Assembly (NCBI GenBank): GCA_965203095.1 | Contig: OZ241877.1 | Coordinates: forward strand, 480,001-544,000 | Source: Bdellovibrionales bacterium | Lineage (GTDB): Bacteria > Bdellovibrionota > Bdellovibrionia > Bdellovibrionales > UBA1609 | Length of the DNA: 64,000 nucleotides | Direction: 5' to 3' | Part shown: one piece after another, positions 48,633 through 59,700 of the stretch | Layout: each line of letters starts with the position of its first letter | Numbering within the stretch: position 1 is the first letter of the stretch | The notes under the pieces: generated by a model | The model's database searches: none | Seen by the model: only the letters and a program-made list of their open reading frames with translations | What the model was told of the DNA's origin: nothing | Program-made: the position numbers and the translations under genes

Positions 48633-49415
48633 TTATAAAAACTCTTTCAATAACTGGATAAAAATTTGCAACTGCTCAAAGTTAAGCCAATGCCCGCTCT
48701 CTTTTACCTCTTTCCCAATAATTTGTGGGTTAAGTTTTAAACTTTTTTCAAAATCGGATCGCAAAAAGTGTGTAGAATGTTCCCCTCTCAAAATAAGAAT
48801 GGGAATTTTTAAACGGCTTAATATAGAGGGATAATTCGCCCGTCTCACATCAGGCAAGAGTTTTAAAAGCCCCTCACGATCAAATAGGAATCGAACAGGG
48901 CCTTTTGCTGGATTATTCAAACTGGCCATTAGGAAATCAGCCATTGAACGGGAAAAAAGCCCCTTGGCCACAGCTTTTTTAAAAAAATCTCTACCTTGTC
49001 GCCGATGGGGGAACGAATCAGGAAGTTTAAAAAGAATGTCCTCTATTTGTTTTCCAGCAGAAGCCAAGGGCCAGGGAGAACTATCCACAATAACTATTTT
49101 TTGCACCCGATCAGGAAATTTTTTTGCAAAAAGAAGTGCAACATAACCTCCAAGAGAATGTCCTACAAGACTAACCCTTGGCCAATTTAAAAAATCCAAC
49201 ATATTTTTTAAATCCAAAGCCAACTGTTTCACAGTGTAAGGCTCACTGTGAAAAGACCGCCCATGGCCCCTTTGATCATAAAGTAAACTTTTATGTTTAG
49301 GCTTAAGAGCATGGCTTGCACTATAAAAGTTTCTCCAAAAGCCCAAAATCCCATGAATAAAAACAAGAGGAGTGCCTTTTTCCCCAATCTGCCGGTAATA
49401 AAATTTATCTTCCAT
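48633..49415 (-). CDS. Alpha/beta hydrolase (YbfF-like esterase)
   Basis: HGILG, DQRGHG, GHSLGG, SGHW. Confidence 0.92.
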   Translation of the reverse strand: MEDKFYYRQIGEKGTPLVFIHGILGFWRNFYSASHALKPKHKSLLYDQRGHGRSFHSEPYTVKQLALDLKNMLDFLNWPRVSLVGHSLGGYVALLFAKKFPDRVQKIVIVDSSPWPLASAGKQIEDILFKLPDSFPHRRQGRDFFKKAVAKGLFSRSMADFLMASLNNPAKGPVRFLFDREGLLKLLPDVRRANYPSILSRLKIPILILRGEHSTHFLRSDFEKSLKLNPQIIGKEVKESGHWLNFEQLQIFIQLLKEFL

Positions 49416-49578
49416 ATTTTTAAACCTTATACCTCACAAATTCATCTCATCTTTTAAGTGATAAGGATCTCACAGGATAACTTCCTAAAGAGAATCTATA
49501 TTTTTCTTTGCTCAAGTCTATACCACTACATTTTTAAAAAAACAACAAAAACCAGGTTGCAATTCGAAATCAAGCAGA

Positions 49579-52329
49579 TTATTTAATCTTTAAAATCTTA
49601 TTTATAATTTTATGAACTTTCTGACCAGTTTCATCTTGTGAAATAGCAAACCGCCAAGCTCCGTTTTCCTCATCTTGATTAACAGCTTTAACCCATGTCT
49701 TCATATAATTCCACTTGGATTCATCTTTTGGCTTTTCGACTCCTTTAACTTCAAGAATAAGATGGCTTTTGTCTGAGAGACGAACAATAAAATCAGGAAT
49801 ATAACTATGTAAAGCTCCATTATGAACATATTTTATTTCAAAACCCAGGTGATCATTTTTTGCCCAAGCTTTAACATGTGGATTTCTGTCCAACTCTCTG
49901 GCATGAGCCAATTCCCAAGCACTATCCACAACACATCTGTTAATGTGTGTTTTTTTAAATATATCTGTTTTTTTACCAGTCCGCCATTGTAAAACTTCTT
50001 TTGTTGATCGGTATTTTGGATTTTTATAAAGAAGAGAAATATCCTCTTGATTCTGATGGTTAATAGCAGAAAAAACTTTTCTCACAATTTGCTCCATCCC
50101 CATCATAATAGCAATTTTCTTTTTTATTTCATTTTCTTGAAAAGATTTGGGCTTTATTTGAAATTTATCAGAATTTAAAAATTCCTCCACAATTTGGATC
50201 AGTTGAGAGAAAGCACAATCTTTATTTATTTTGCTTTTCCAATTGGGATTTATTTGATCATAAACATTGGAGGCAACAGTAAATAAAAGGCTTTGCATGC
50301 GAACATTTTTGTCTTTGATAAGCTTTTCCAGATCTATGGTTTTTATTTGTTCATAACTTGGCTGACCGTTAATTTCAGGAGCTAAATCGGCAATTTTTCT
50401 AACTTTAGATATTTCTAAAGGCTTTATTTTCTCAAAATCTACTGTCAAAACTGGTTTTAGCTCAAAATCAATCCTTTCCACATTAGGCCAAGTGATTTTA
50501 TATTTTTCTTTTTCCGGATCAGGAAAAATAGCAAGCTTTGGGGAGGCCGGACGGGGATCGCCTCCTTGAACCTCCTCTTGTGGAATAAAAGAAAAGGGAA
50601 TGCCAAAAATATTTACATATTCCGGATCAAAAAAACCTTTTTCATTTAGCTCATAAGAAGTTCGCCTTAGTCCTCGGCCCACAACTTGCTCGCATAACAG
50701 CTGACTGGAAAAGGCTCTCAAACCCATAATATGAGTCACAGTCTGACAATTCCAACCTTCAGTGAGCATAGCAACAGAAATAATATGCCTTAACTGCTCT
50801 CCCGGCTTTCCCTCTTGACCGGCAGTGTTGACTTTTTCCCGTAGCTCTTTCATTTTTTTGTCTTTGTCTTCAATAAAATCCAGATCAGAATAAATAAGGG
50901 CAGTTGTTTCCTCTTTACAAAGCTCTGGAATGACAATTCTTTTTTTCTCAAACATATATTTTACTCTGTCGGCTGTCTCTTTTCTGTTTACAGCTGAAAT
51001 CATCACCGGAGGAGTGGGCATTTTTTCCTTTTGCCAATGTGTTAAAGTTTTTTCCCAATCATGAGCCAAAAGCAAATAGCCATTTCTCACTAACTCAGGA
51101 AGTATCTCTGTCGGCTGAGATCCCTTTCTGTTTAAGTTGGACTTAACATCCTCATCATTGTAAATATGATAAAGTTTTGATCTATAACTTTCAGGATCTA
51201 TGGGGCCATCATCCCGGACCACAAAGCGAGGAGTCTTTGTCAAACCCGACTCCACAGCATCCATTAAGCCAAAATCGCTAACTATCCAATCAAACAGGTC
51301 CTCCTTATAAGAGGCTTTGCCTTTTGTGCCAGAAGGAGCAAAGGGAGTAGCTGAAAAATCAAGGCAAGTTAATATACCGTTTACTTTATGGATTCGGTCC
51401 AGCCCTTGGACCCAACAAGTGGCTCTTTCTTTCTCATTTTTATCAATGCCTTTTTGTTTTTCCTCGCTTCTATGTCTCCAAGCATGATGAGCTTCATCGT
51501 TAATAATGAGAATATTTTTTGCTTGAGCCATATCGCATAAAACATCTTTGATATAAACTCTGTCGCTTTTTGGCCCTCTTTTATCGACAGTTTTTTTCTT
51601 TAGCAAAGCCTCCTCACTATCCCACATAAGAGTATGCCAGTTTTCAATAAGGACTTTCCCTTGTCTTAATAGAGGAAATAGATCATAAGGAATAATTTTT
51701 TTCTCTTCATAATAATTATTTTTGTCTTTAAAATCTAAAACAGAGAGACGATTCTTAACAGTTAAATTGGGAGCAACAATAAACACATGTTTTGAAAAGC
51801 GAGTGTCTTTAGGGTAAGAGACTTTATTTAAAACCTGCCAAGCAATGCTCATAGCCATTACATAAGTTTTGCCTGTGCCGGTGGCCATTTTCGTGCAAAG
51901 TCTTTCAAAACTCCCTCCGTCTTTTGGAATTTCAATGCCTGTTGATTCCGAGGCATGAGCCTCTTTAAGCCAAATCAAAGTTTCTATAGCTTCTTTTTGA
52001 CAAAAGAAAAACTCAAAATCCCGTCCATCCGCGTTTTTGCTATTCCAAAACTTCAACAGGCTTTTTGTGATTCCTGTCACTCCCGGATAGCCCTTGTCTC
52101 GCCATGATTTCACTCTAAGGCGGATCTTATTTGCTAAGGGAAGTTCAATAAAATCTCCAACCTCTTGGTATTTTTTGCTCTGGGAGGCAATCACATAACC
52201 AGCGGGCCTTCGTCCCGCTTTTATAAAATGCTTGCCTTTAGTTTTATCAAAATCCCAATGTTGTTCTGGTTCTTCAAAAGGGGAGTTTATAATTAGCCTG
52301 TCAATTTTTTCTTTAAAAATTGTTTTCAT
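49579..52329 (-). CDS. Type III restriction enzyme Res subunit
   Basis: MATGTGKT, DEAHH, SATP, EGWN, QVVGRGLRR; C-terminal YIPDF...LILEVKG nuclease. Confidence 0.92.
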   Translation of the reverse strand: MKTIFKEKIDRLIINSPFEEPEQHWDFDKTKGKHFIKAGRRPAGYVIASQSKKYQEVGDFIELPLANKIRLRVKSWRDKGYPGVTGITKSLLKFWNSKNADGRDFEFFFCQKEAIETLIWLKEAHASESTGIEIPKDGGSFERLCTKMATGTGKTYVMAMSIAWQVLNKVSYPKDTRFSKHVFIVAPNLTVKNRLSVLDFKDKNNYYEEKKIIPYDLFPLLRQGKVLIENWHTLMWDSEEALLKKKTVDKRGPKSDRVYIKDVLCDMAQAKNILIINDEAHHAWRHRSEEKQKGIDKNEKERATCWVQGLDRIHKVNGILTCLDFSATPFAPSGTKGKASYKEDLFDWIVSDFGLMDAVESGLTKTPRFVVRDDGPIDPESYRSKLYHIYNDEDVKSNLNRKGSQPTEILPELVRNGYLLLAHDWEKTLTHWQKEKMPTPPVMISAVNRKETADRVKYMFEKKRIVIPELCKEETTALIYSDLDFIEDKDKKMKELREKVNTAGQEGKPGEQLRHIISVAMLTEGWNCQTVTHIMGLRAFSSQLLCEQVVGRGLRRTSYELNEKGFFDPEYVNIFGIPFSFIPQEEVQGGDPRPASPKLAIFPDPEKEKYKITWPNVERIDFELKPVLTVDFEKIKPLEISKVRKIADLAPEINGQPSYEQIKTIDLEKLIKDKNVRMQSLLFTVASNVYDQINPNWKSKINKDCAFSQLIQIVEEFLNSDKFQIKPKSFQENEIKKKIAIMMGMEQIVRKVFSAINHQNQEDISLLYKNPKYRSTKEVLQWRTGKKTDIFKKTHINRCVVDSAWELAHARELDRNPHVKAWAKNDHLGFEIKYVHNGALHSYIPDFIVRLSDKSHLILEVKGVEKPKDESKWNYMKTWVKAVNQDEENGAWRFAISQDETGQKVHKIINKILKIK

Positions 52330-52386
52330 TTAGTTTGTTCCTTTGCTGTTTATTTTAAATTTAGTTGTTCTGATTTTGTTATTCTT

Positions 52387-53169
52387 TTAACTGGCCAACC
52401 TCTTAATATCCTTTACTCCTTCTTGATTAAAATCAGTTAGATTTGGGTATTGTTTGTCTGAGTTTCTGGTAAGATATATAAGCTCTCTATTGCCTAAATT
52501 CTGCATATCCTTATGCACTGCCAAACTAATAAATAAAAGTTCTGCTTTTTTAAATTCCAATAAAGCAATAGCTGTGTCTTTTGCTTTGTTGCTTTCAAGA
52601 ATCCCAAATACATAGAACTTTCGGGTTTTCCAGTTTAAAGACCAATCTACTTTAAAGACAGAAGTTTCTTTTTCCTCTTGATTATCTGAAAGAGGAGTCA
52701 CATCAGGCTGTGGATTAAATTCTTCCAGTTCTTTTAAAACAAAGTTTTGCAAGTCTTTATAAAAAGTGGATTTAGCTGTCTCTCTGCTCCAATAATCCAT
52801 ACTACAAACTTTTTGTGCACAACCTGCAAACTGAAAAACACTCTCATAAATTTTATCGACAGGAGCATCTAAATAAAGATTTCCATTGTCATTTTGAACG
52901 CCATTGTTAAACAAGATGCTATTAAAGATTTTTTTCTTTGAGATGGTGTTCAGCTCATAGCTGTAAGAGAGACGCTGTCCAGCCATGCCAAAATCGCATA
53001 TCCGAACATATCCAGCCCCTTTAGGGCTTTCCTGCAAATAAATATCCACCATATCCCCATCCTCATGCAAGATAGGAATTGTCAGCTGGTATTTGCCTGG
53101 GCGACGCTCGTAAACACTAAAGCTTGGCCGGACTTTGTTTAATATGTTTAATATGTTTTTAATGTTCAT
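52387..53169 (-). CDS. DUF1828-like domain protein
   Basis: IPILHEDGDMVDIYL...RICDFG pattern; C-terminal restriction-like fold residues. Confidence 0.7.
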   Translation of the reverse strand: MNIKNILNILNKVRPSFSVYERRPGKYQLTIPILHEDGDMVDIYLQESPKGAGYVRICDFGMAGQRLSYSYELNTISKKKIFNSILFNNGVQNDNGNLYLDAPVDKIYESVFQFAGCAQKVCSMDYWSRETAKSTFYKDLQNFVLKELEEFNPQPDVTPLSDNQEEKETSVFKVDWSLNWKTRKFYVFGILESNKAKDTAIALLEFKKAELLFISLAVHKDMQNLGNRELIYLTRNSDKQYPNLTDFNQEGVKDIKRLAS

Positions 53170-53719
53170 TAAAAAGATCTCCTTGCTCTAATTCAGAAAA
53201 ATAACTTTGCCAGTTAGTTATATTTATATCTTTAAAAAAAACCAAAAGCCCCTCTTCTAAGCTGTTATATTTTTTGGTCATTTCCAGATTTGTTGGTTTA
53301 GGATTTGAACTATTGGAATTTATATCTTCTTCTTTCATTTTGTGAATATGTGGCATAGGATGATGGCTTTTTCTCCTCTTTTTTTTGTTGTTTTCCACTG
53401 TCTCTGAATCATGAGGCCCATTATAGCGAACAATATTCAAACTCTTTTGGAACTTTGAAGATTTATACACTAAACCGATAGAAAAATTCTCTATAAAATG
53501 CTGGTTTTGCCGGATAAAAACCTCAAATTCTATTATTTTTTTTAAATCCTTGGCCTTTTGCATTTTGACACCTTGCAATTTGTTTAGTATGCTTCTCTCT
53601 GCACTTACAATTAGTTTACATCTTTTATACCCATTTTCTGTCTTATATCCTTTCTGTGGTTCTTTCTTATAAATTTTTTTTGGAATTTCTATTAAATTTT
53701 TAATTTCTTTGTTTGTCAT
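53159..53719 (-). CDS. Hypothetical protein (DUF6978-like)
   Basis: ENFSIGL...RYNGPH...PHIH motif; 11-bp overlap with the DUF1828-like gene. Confidence 0.6.
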   Translation of the reverse strand: MTNKEIKNLIEIPKKIYKKEPQKGYKTENGYKRCKLIVSAERSILNKLQGVKMQKAKDLKKIIEFEVFIRQNQHFIENFSIGLVYKSSKFQKSLNIVRYNGPHDSETVENNKKKRRKSHHPMPHIHKMKEEDINSNSSNPKPTNLEMTKKYNSLEEGLLVFFKDINITNWQSYFSELEQGDLFNEH

Positions 53720-53858
53720 TTTTTGCTTTCTCCATAATATATTTTATCATATAACTTTTCTATTTTGGTTTAAAATTTTACAGACTTAAGTCCAAATTAT
53801 ACCCATTATGACATTCCTCAAAAATGGCTAAAAAAGCTCTTCCTTTTGGGTATAAACA

Positions 53859-56321
53859 TCATGCCACTTTTTTTTGAGCTTTAGGAAAATCTAAAATTTT
53901 TAAAGATTCAATTCCTCTGTCGTCAATAATTTTGACAGCAATTTTCTTATTTTTTCCCTGTTTAAAGGGAAGGGATTCTGTTCCTCTGTATTTTTCTATC
54001 AAATTCATATTTATTTCTGATTTTAAACTCTTGGCTAATTTTGCCCAACCGTCCCTTTTCCCAGACATAGGGAAAAACACCTGTCTTGGGAAAACCGCTC
54101 TTTCATCATAGTCTGTATCTAAAAGCCACATGGCAATTTTACTTTTCCCTCCTGATTCGATCTTTCCTGATGAAGGGTTATAATAATCCCAACCATAAAC
54201 TTCTGCAACATACTCATCTTTATTTTTTCCAGATCTATTGTTTATTTCCACATCAGGAGAGCCAATAAGCCAAAAACTATCATCAGCAGTTTTCTTTTTT
54301 AAATCGGCAGTTTGTAAGTCCATATTCATTTGAATTTGAACAGTTTTTAAGCTTTTTGAACCGTATTCATTGATAAGTTTTGAGGCTTCCGGGTCAAAGT
54401 GAAAAGAGGCAAAAACCAAAACATCCGGTTTTTCTTCTTTTGTTTCTATTTCTTTTAACGCTAATTCCACATGTCTTTTATCTAAAGGGGAATGCTCCGG
54501 TCCAAAAGATATTACCACTTTTCTTGGATTTTTTGTTTCCCCTTCTGCATGAAGATATTTAAAACCGGAGAGCTTTTCCAGCCGGACAAAATTCATATCG
54601 GTTGCTATTCCCTTTTTTCCTCTAATTCCTGATTTTCTCACTTCCTCTAACCATTCATATTTGAAAAAAATTTTCTCTTGCCCTATAGCTTGCACAATTT
54701 GAGAGGGAACAGCCTCCACTGTGAAAGGGCCGGTCACTCTGGCTTTTTTGTTATCCTTAAGAGGCTGATCGTAAAGAACTTCTTCTGTTGGAGGTTCATT
54801 ATTGGCAATAGATCCCAAAGTGATATGAGGAACCGTTTTATATTGAAACCCTGAGCTTATGCCTTCATCTTGGTTTTTTAATTTGTAATAGTCAAATACT
54901 GAGGTCATAAGTCTTTGTTTAGCCAAAGTGATAGCTACTCGCGAAGTATCACAAGTAATCCAACGCCTACCCCATTTTTCCGCCACATAAGCTGTTGTGC
55001 CACTCCCACAAGTCGGATCAAAAACAATATCCCCTGGATCTGTTGTCATAAGGATACAGCGTTGAATAGGAATAGTACTTGTCTGAACAGCATAAGTTTT
55101 TTCTCTTGAAAAAGTAGAAATTATTGTCCCTGTCCATATACTATCATATTCAGTATAATTAAAATCATCTTCATATCTTTTCCAGTATTTATTTTTAATA
55201 AGTCTTTTTTCTCTGTTTAAATTCTTAATTTGTCTTTCTGTTAAATGACTTTTTAACTGTGCAATCTTATATCTTTTATTTGAGTTATTATCATGTTTAT
55301 TAAAAATATTTAATATCTCCGCATTGGTCCTAGAACGATATAGTCTTCTAAATTTGATATGGGTTGTTTTTCCATACCATATCAAACAATCATATAGTCT
55401 TTGTATTCGATTAGCATTTTGGTTCGTCGCGGTTTTGAACAAAATTAAACTTATAAAATTCTCTTTTCCAAAAACTTCATCCATTAAGTTGCGAATCAAA
55501 TGCACATTTTCATCAGAAATTTGCACAAAACAAGAGCCACTTTCCGTCAATAGTTCCTTTGCTAAAAAAAGTCTATCCCTTATGTATGTCAAATAAGAAT
55601 GGATGCCAAGCTCCCAAGTGTCGCGAAAAGCTTTTAGCATTTCCGGTTCTGCTGTTAAATCTTCATCTTTATCCGTATTTTTATTTACATTTTTTTTGTT
55701 TGTAAAAGGCTGAAAATTAGAACCATAATTTTTTCCATAAGGAGGATCTATGTAAATACATTGGATTTTACCGGCCATAGCCTCTTTTTGAAGTAGAGAG
55801 TTCATCACCAAAAGAGAGTCCCCGGCAATCAAACGATTGCTCCAATTTTTATCGTGTTGGTAAAAATCTATGGCCTCATTTTCAGGAATAATCTGTTCTT
55901 TTTTAAAAAGAGACAGTTGCTCGTAATTTACAGAGTTTGTTTTTCTCACTCTTTCTACGATAGCTCTGGAATCTATCTTCTCGTGGGTGTGTAGTGAAAC
56001 TGTGGGAACTTCAAAAGAACCTCGCTCTGCCTTGCCGGTCCAGTTTAAATAAGGCTCTTGTTTCTTTTTTAATTTTTTAAGTGCAAGCTTAGCCTCTTCT
56101 GCTGAGCCGGAAAGCCCTTGGTCAATAATCTTTTCAATTTTTGCTCTTTTAGGGTCAAATTGGAGTTCTGGTGAAAGATGCTCGTCAAAAACATACTTTT
56201 TCTTTTCGGCTTTAAGTGGTTCTGTTTTATTGCTGACAAGGCCAACGGAAGGATTGTTTTTCCGTTTTTTCTTATCGTGTTTAATTTGTGTAATATCAAT
56301 TTTTCTTACTGATTTCTCCAT
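53859..56321 (-). CDS. Type III RM Mod subunit (N6-adenine methyltransferase)
   Basis: NRLIAGDSL, YIDPPY, AFRDTW, DPTCGSGTT; upstream of Res. Confidence 0.92.
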   Translation of the reverse strand: MEKSVRKIDITQIKHDKKKRKNNPSVGLVSNKTEPLKAEKKKYVFDEHLSPELQFDPKRAKIEKIIDQGLSGSAEEAKLALKKLKKKQEPYLNWTGKAERGSFEVPTVSLHTHEKIDSRAIVERVRKTNSVNYEQLSLFKKEQIIPENEAIDFYQHDKNWSNRLIAGDSLLVMNSLLQKEAMAGKIQCIYIDPPYGKNYGSNFQPFTNKKNVNKNTDKDEDLTAEPEMLKAFRDTWELGIHSYLTYIRDRLFLAKELLTESGSCFVQISDENVHLIRNLMDEVFGKENFISLILFKTATNQNANRIQRLYDCLIWYGKTTHIKFRRLYRSRTNAEILNIFNKHDNNSNKRYKIAQLKSHLTERQIKNLNREKRLIKNKYWKRYEDDFNYTEYDSIWTGTIISTFSREKTYAVQTSTIPIQRCILMTTDPGDIVFDPTCGSGTTAYVAEKWGRRWITCDTSRVAITLAKQRLMTSVFDYYKLKNQDEGISSGFQYKTVPHITLGSIANNEPPTEEVLYDQPLKDNKKARVTGPFTVEAVPSQIVQAIGQEKIFFKYEWLEEVRKSGIRGKKGIATDMNFVRLEKLSGFKYLHAEGETKNPRKVVISFGPEHSPLDKRHVELALKEIETKEEKPDVLVFASFHFDPEASKLINEYGSKSLKTVQIQMNMDLQTADLKKKTADDSFWLIGSPDVEINNRSGKNKDEYVAEVYGWDYYNPSSGKIESGGKSKIAMWLLDTDYDERAVFPRQVFFPMSGKRDGWAKLAKSLKSEINMNLIEKYRGTESLPFKQGKNKKIAVKIIDDRGIESLKILDFPKAQKKVA

Positions 56322-56623
56322 TAGAGTCTCCTTGACTTTGAATTTAAAATCGGAATATTCTGTAATAAACTTTAATAAATTTTATAAGCATAAAGTCTTG
56401 TTTTATTCAGGATTAACCTTAATTTGGAATTATTGAACTGATTTTCTAAGGTTCTTATCGTAAAAAAACGATAAACAGGACTAATGTCAAGTTTTATTTA
56501 TTTAAAAATCGTTTTATTATTAAAGCTTTATCAGGACTTTATAATGTCATCAAAAAATAAGGCAACATTTTTTTTGGCAAAATAAAGTTTGACATTATGA
56601 AGAACCACTTTTGCAGGAGGCAA

Positions 56624-56700
56624 TTATACTGATTCTATTTGAAATCTCTACTTAAAAACAGAATAGAGAAAGCAGGATTTTTTAAATAAAATCGGGATAA
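56624..56700. mobile_element. MITE-like family A copy 3 (degenerate)
   Basis: TTATACTGATT...AAATCGGGATAA; AAAACAGAATAGAGAAAGCAGGA matches copy 1. Confidence 0.65.
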
Positions 56701-56707
56701 AATATCT

Positions 56708-59700
56708 ATGAAAAAACATTCTGATTTGACTTTTATCACCAATGAGAAAGATCAAAATCTTTTAGATAGGTTTAGGGTTCTCATTCGGGATACAGAGTTT
56801 TTTGATGTTCTTGTGGGGTATTTTTACAGTAGTGGCTTTCAGGCCATTTATAAGTCTTTAGAGAAGACACAAAAAATCCGCATTCTGATAGGTATCCACA
56901 CTGATAAAAAGATTGTGGATTTAATTCAGCATGCGGAGGAGCAACTATCCCATGCTGTAGCAAAAGAGCAATTTTCCAAAAAACTGATTCAGGAAATGGA
57001 ACATTCCTCCGACACAAAGGAAGTTTATGAAGGGGTCATGAAGTTTATAAAATGGCTGAGATCGGGAAAGCTTGAAATAAGAGCTTACCCCAGCCGGAAT
57101 CTTCATGCCAAGTTGTATATTATGTCCTTTACTAAAGGAGATAGAGACCGGGGACGGGTTATCACAGGCTCCAGCAATTTTACAAAGGCTGGATTAACTG
57201 ACAATTTAGAGTTTAATGTGGAGCTTAAAAACTTTTCCGACCATGATTTTGCACTTCAAAAATTTAATGAATTGTGGCAGGATGCTGTAGATATTCAAGA
57301 GACTTACCTTAAAACCATTCAAAAGAAAACTTGGTTTAATGATAAAATTAGCCCTTATGAGCTTTATCTTAAGTTTTTATATGAGCATTTTAAAGAGGAT
57401 TTAAAATCCACGGACGAAGCCTCTTTCCCATACCTACCTCAAAATTTTAAACAGTTAGAATACCAAACCCAGGCTGTTCGAAATGCCAAGAGGATTTTAG
57501 AAGAGTATGGCGGGGTTTTTCTCTCTGATGTAGTGGGGCTGGGGAAAACTTATATGTCCGCCATGTTGGCCAAACAGCTGGATGGTTTATCAATAGTTTT
57601 GGCTCCTCCCTCTCTTTTAGATAAATCAAACCCTGGCTCCTGGCGAAATGTATTTTTAGATTTTCATGTTCCAGCAGAATTTGAATCCCTTGGTAAATTA
57701 GACAAAGTAATATCCAGCGAGACAGACAAATACAAAAATGTTTTTATAGACGAAGCCCATCGTTTTAGGAACGAAACTAATATTACTTATGAAAATCTGG
57801 CCAAGATTTGCCGAGGGAAAAAAGTTATATTGGTGACAGCTACCCCTCTCAACAACAAACCTAAGGATATTTTAAGCCAAATCAAGCTATTTCAACCGGG
57901 CAAAAAAAGCACAATACCCAATGTCTCTAACTTGGAGCTGTTTTTCAAACAATTGGAGGAAAAAACAAAAAAACTAAATAAAAAGGAAAACTATGCAAAG
58001 TATGTAAAAGCCACAAAGGAGAATGCTAAAAAAATCCGGGAATCTGTTTTAAAATACCTTATGGTCCGTAGAACCAGAACAGAGATTGAAAAATATTTTG
58101 CCGGTGATTTAAAAAATCAAAAAATTAAATTTCCTGAAGTGAAAAACCCAGAGCCGTTATATTACCAATTCAACAAACATGAAAGTGAGGTTTTTTATAA
58201 AACCATTAAGCTTATTGGCAAACAGCTCAAATACGCCCGTTATATGCCTTTAACTTATTATAAAGGGGAAAAGCAGTTGGATTTGATTATCCAATCCCAA
58301 AAAAACCTTGGGGGTTTTATGAAAACTCTGTTAGTAAAAAGGTTGGAGAGCAGTTTTTATGCTTTCCGAAACTCTATTCGCCGATTTATCCAATCATATC
58401 AATTATTTTTAAAAGAGTTTGAGGCTGGAAATGTTTATATCAGTAAGGATTATTCCAAAAAAATTTTTGAGCTTTTGAACAGTGATAATGAAGAGGCTGT
58501 TCAAAAACTAATAGATGAGGACAAAGCAAAAAAATATTCTTCAAAAGATTTTAATGAGCAACTTAAAAAAGACTTAAAAAGTGATCTTAAAATTTTGCAG
58601 GAGATAAAATCCCTTTGGCAAGAGGTAAAACGCGATCCAAAACTTTTGGCTTTTATAGAGGCCCTTTCTAAACCTCCGGCTTTAGTCCGCAAAAATAAAA
58701 ATGTTATTGTTCGAAAACCTCTTGAAGTTTGCCTAAAAACAGCTCAGAACTTAAACAAATTTTCAGCTTTAAAAAACAAAAATAATAAACTGATTGTATT
58801 TACAGAATCTAAGGAGACAGCAGAGTATCTTGAGGAAAAGCTGAATAAAAAATTTCCCAATGAGGTTTTGGTTTTTACCGGATCAAGTGCTACCTCTATC
58901 CGGGAGAGTATCATCCAAAATTTTGATCCCAGGGCCTTTCTTCCAAAAAATGATTACAGAATATTGATCGCAACAGATGTTTTGTCGGAAGGAGTAAATC
59001 TCCATCGCTCCAATGCAGTTGTAAATTATGATATTCCTTGGAACCCTACCCGCCTTATGCAAAGGGTGGGAAGAGTAAATCGTGTAGATACTCCATTTAG
59101 TGAAATTCATACTTTTAATTTTTTCCCCACGGAGCAGTCCAATGACATTATTAAACTGGAAGAAACAGCTAAGGCCAAGATAGAGGCTTTTATCAATTTG
59201 CTTGGGGCAGATGCCCGGCTTTTAACAGAAGAGGAAGCCCCGGAAAGCCATGAGCTGTTTGGTCGTCTCAGCTCTAAAAAAACTATTACTGGGGAGGATG
59301 AGGAAGAGGAAAGTGAACTAAAGTATTTAAAAATTATAGAGGACATTCGGAACAAAGATCCCGATTTATTCAATAAAATAAAACAACTCCCTAAAAAAGC
59401 CCGAACAGCCAAAAAATCTAAAACAAAAATATCAGGGCTTTTAACTTATTTTAGAAAGGGCAAACTGAACAAATTTTGCATTGCAGGAGAGGAGAGTAAG
59501 GAGTTGGATTTTATGAGTTCTGCAAAGCTTTTGGAATCTAAAAAAACCACTCCAATAGAAAATTTACCAGAGGATTTTTTTTCTTTGTTAGAAAAAAATA
59601 AGAAGAAGTTTTCCTCTCTCACTTCAGAAGAAAATGATTCGTTGCCCTCCCAATCGGGTAGGGACATGGATTCAAAGCTACTCCAAACTTTAAGAATCAT

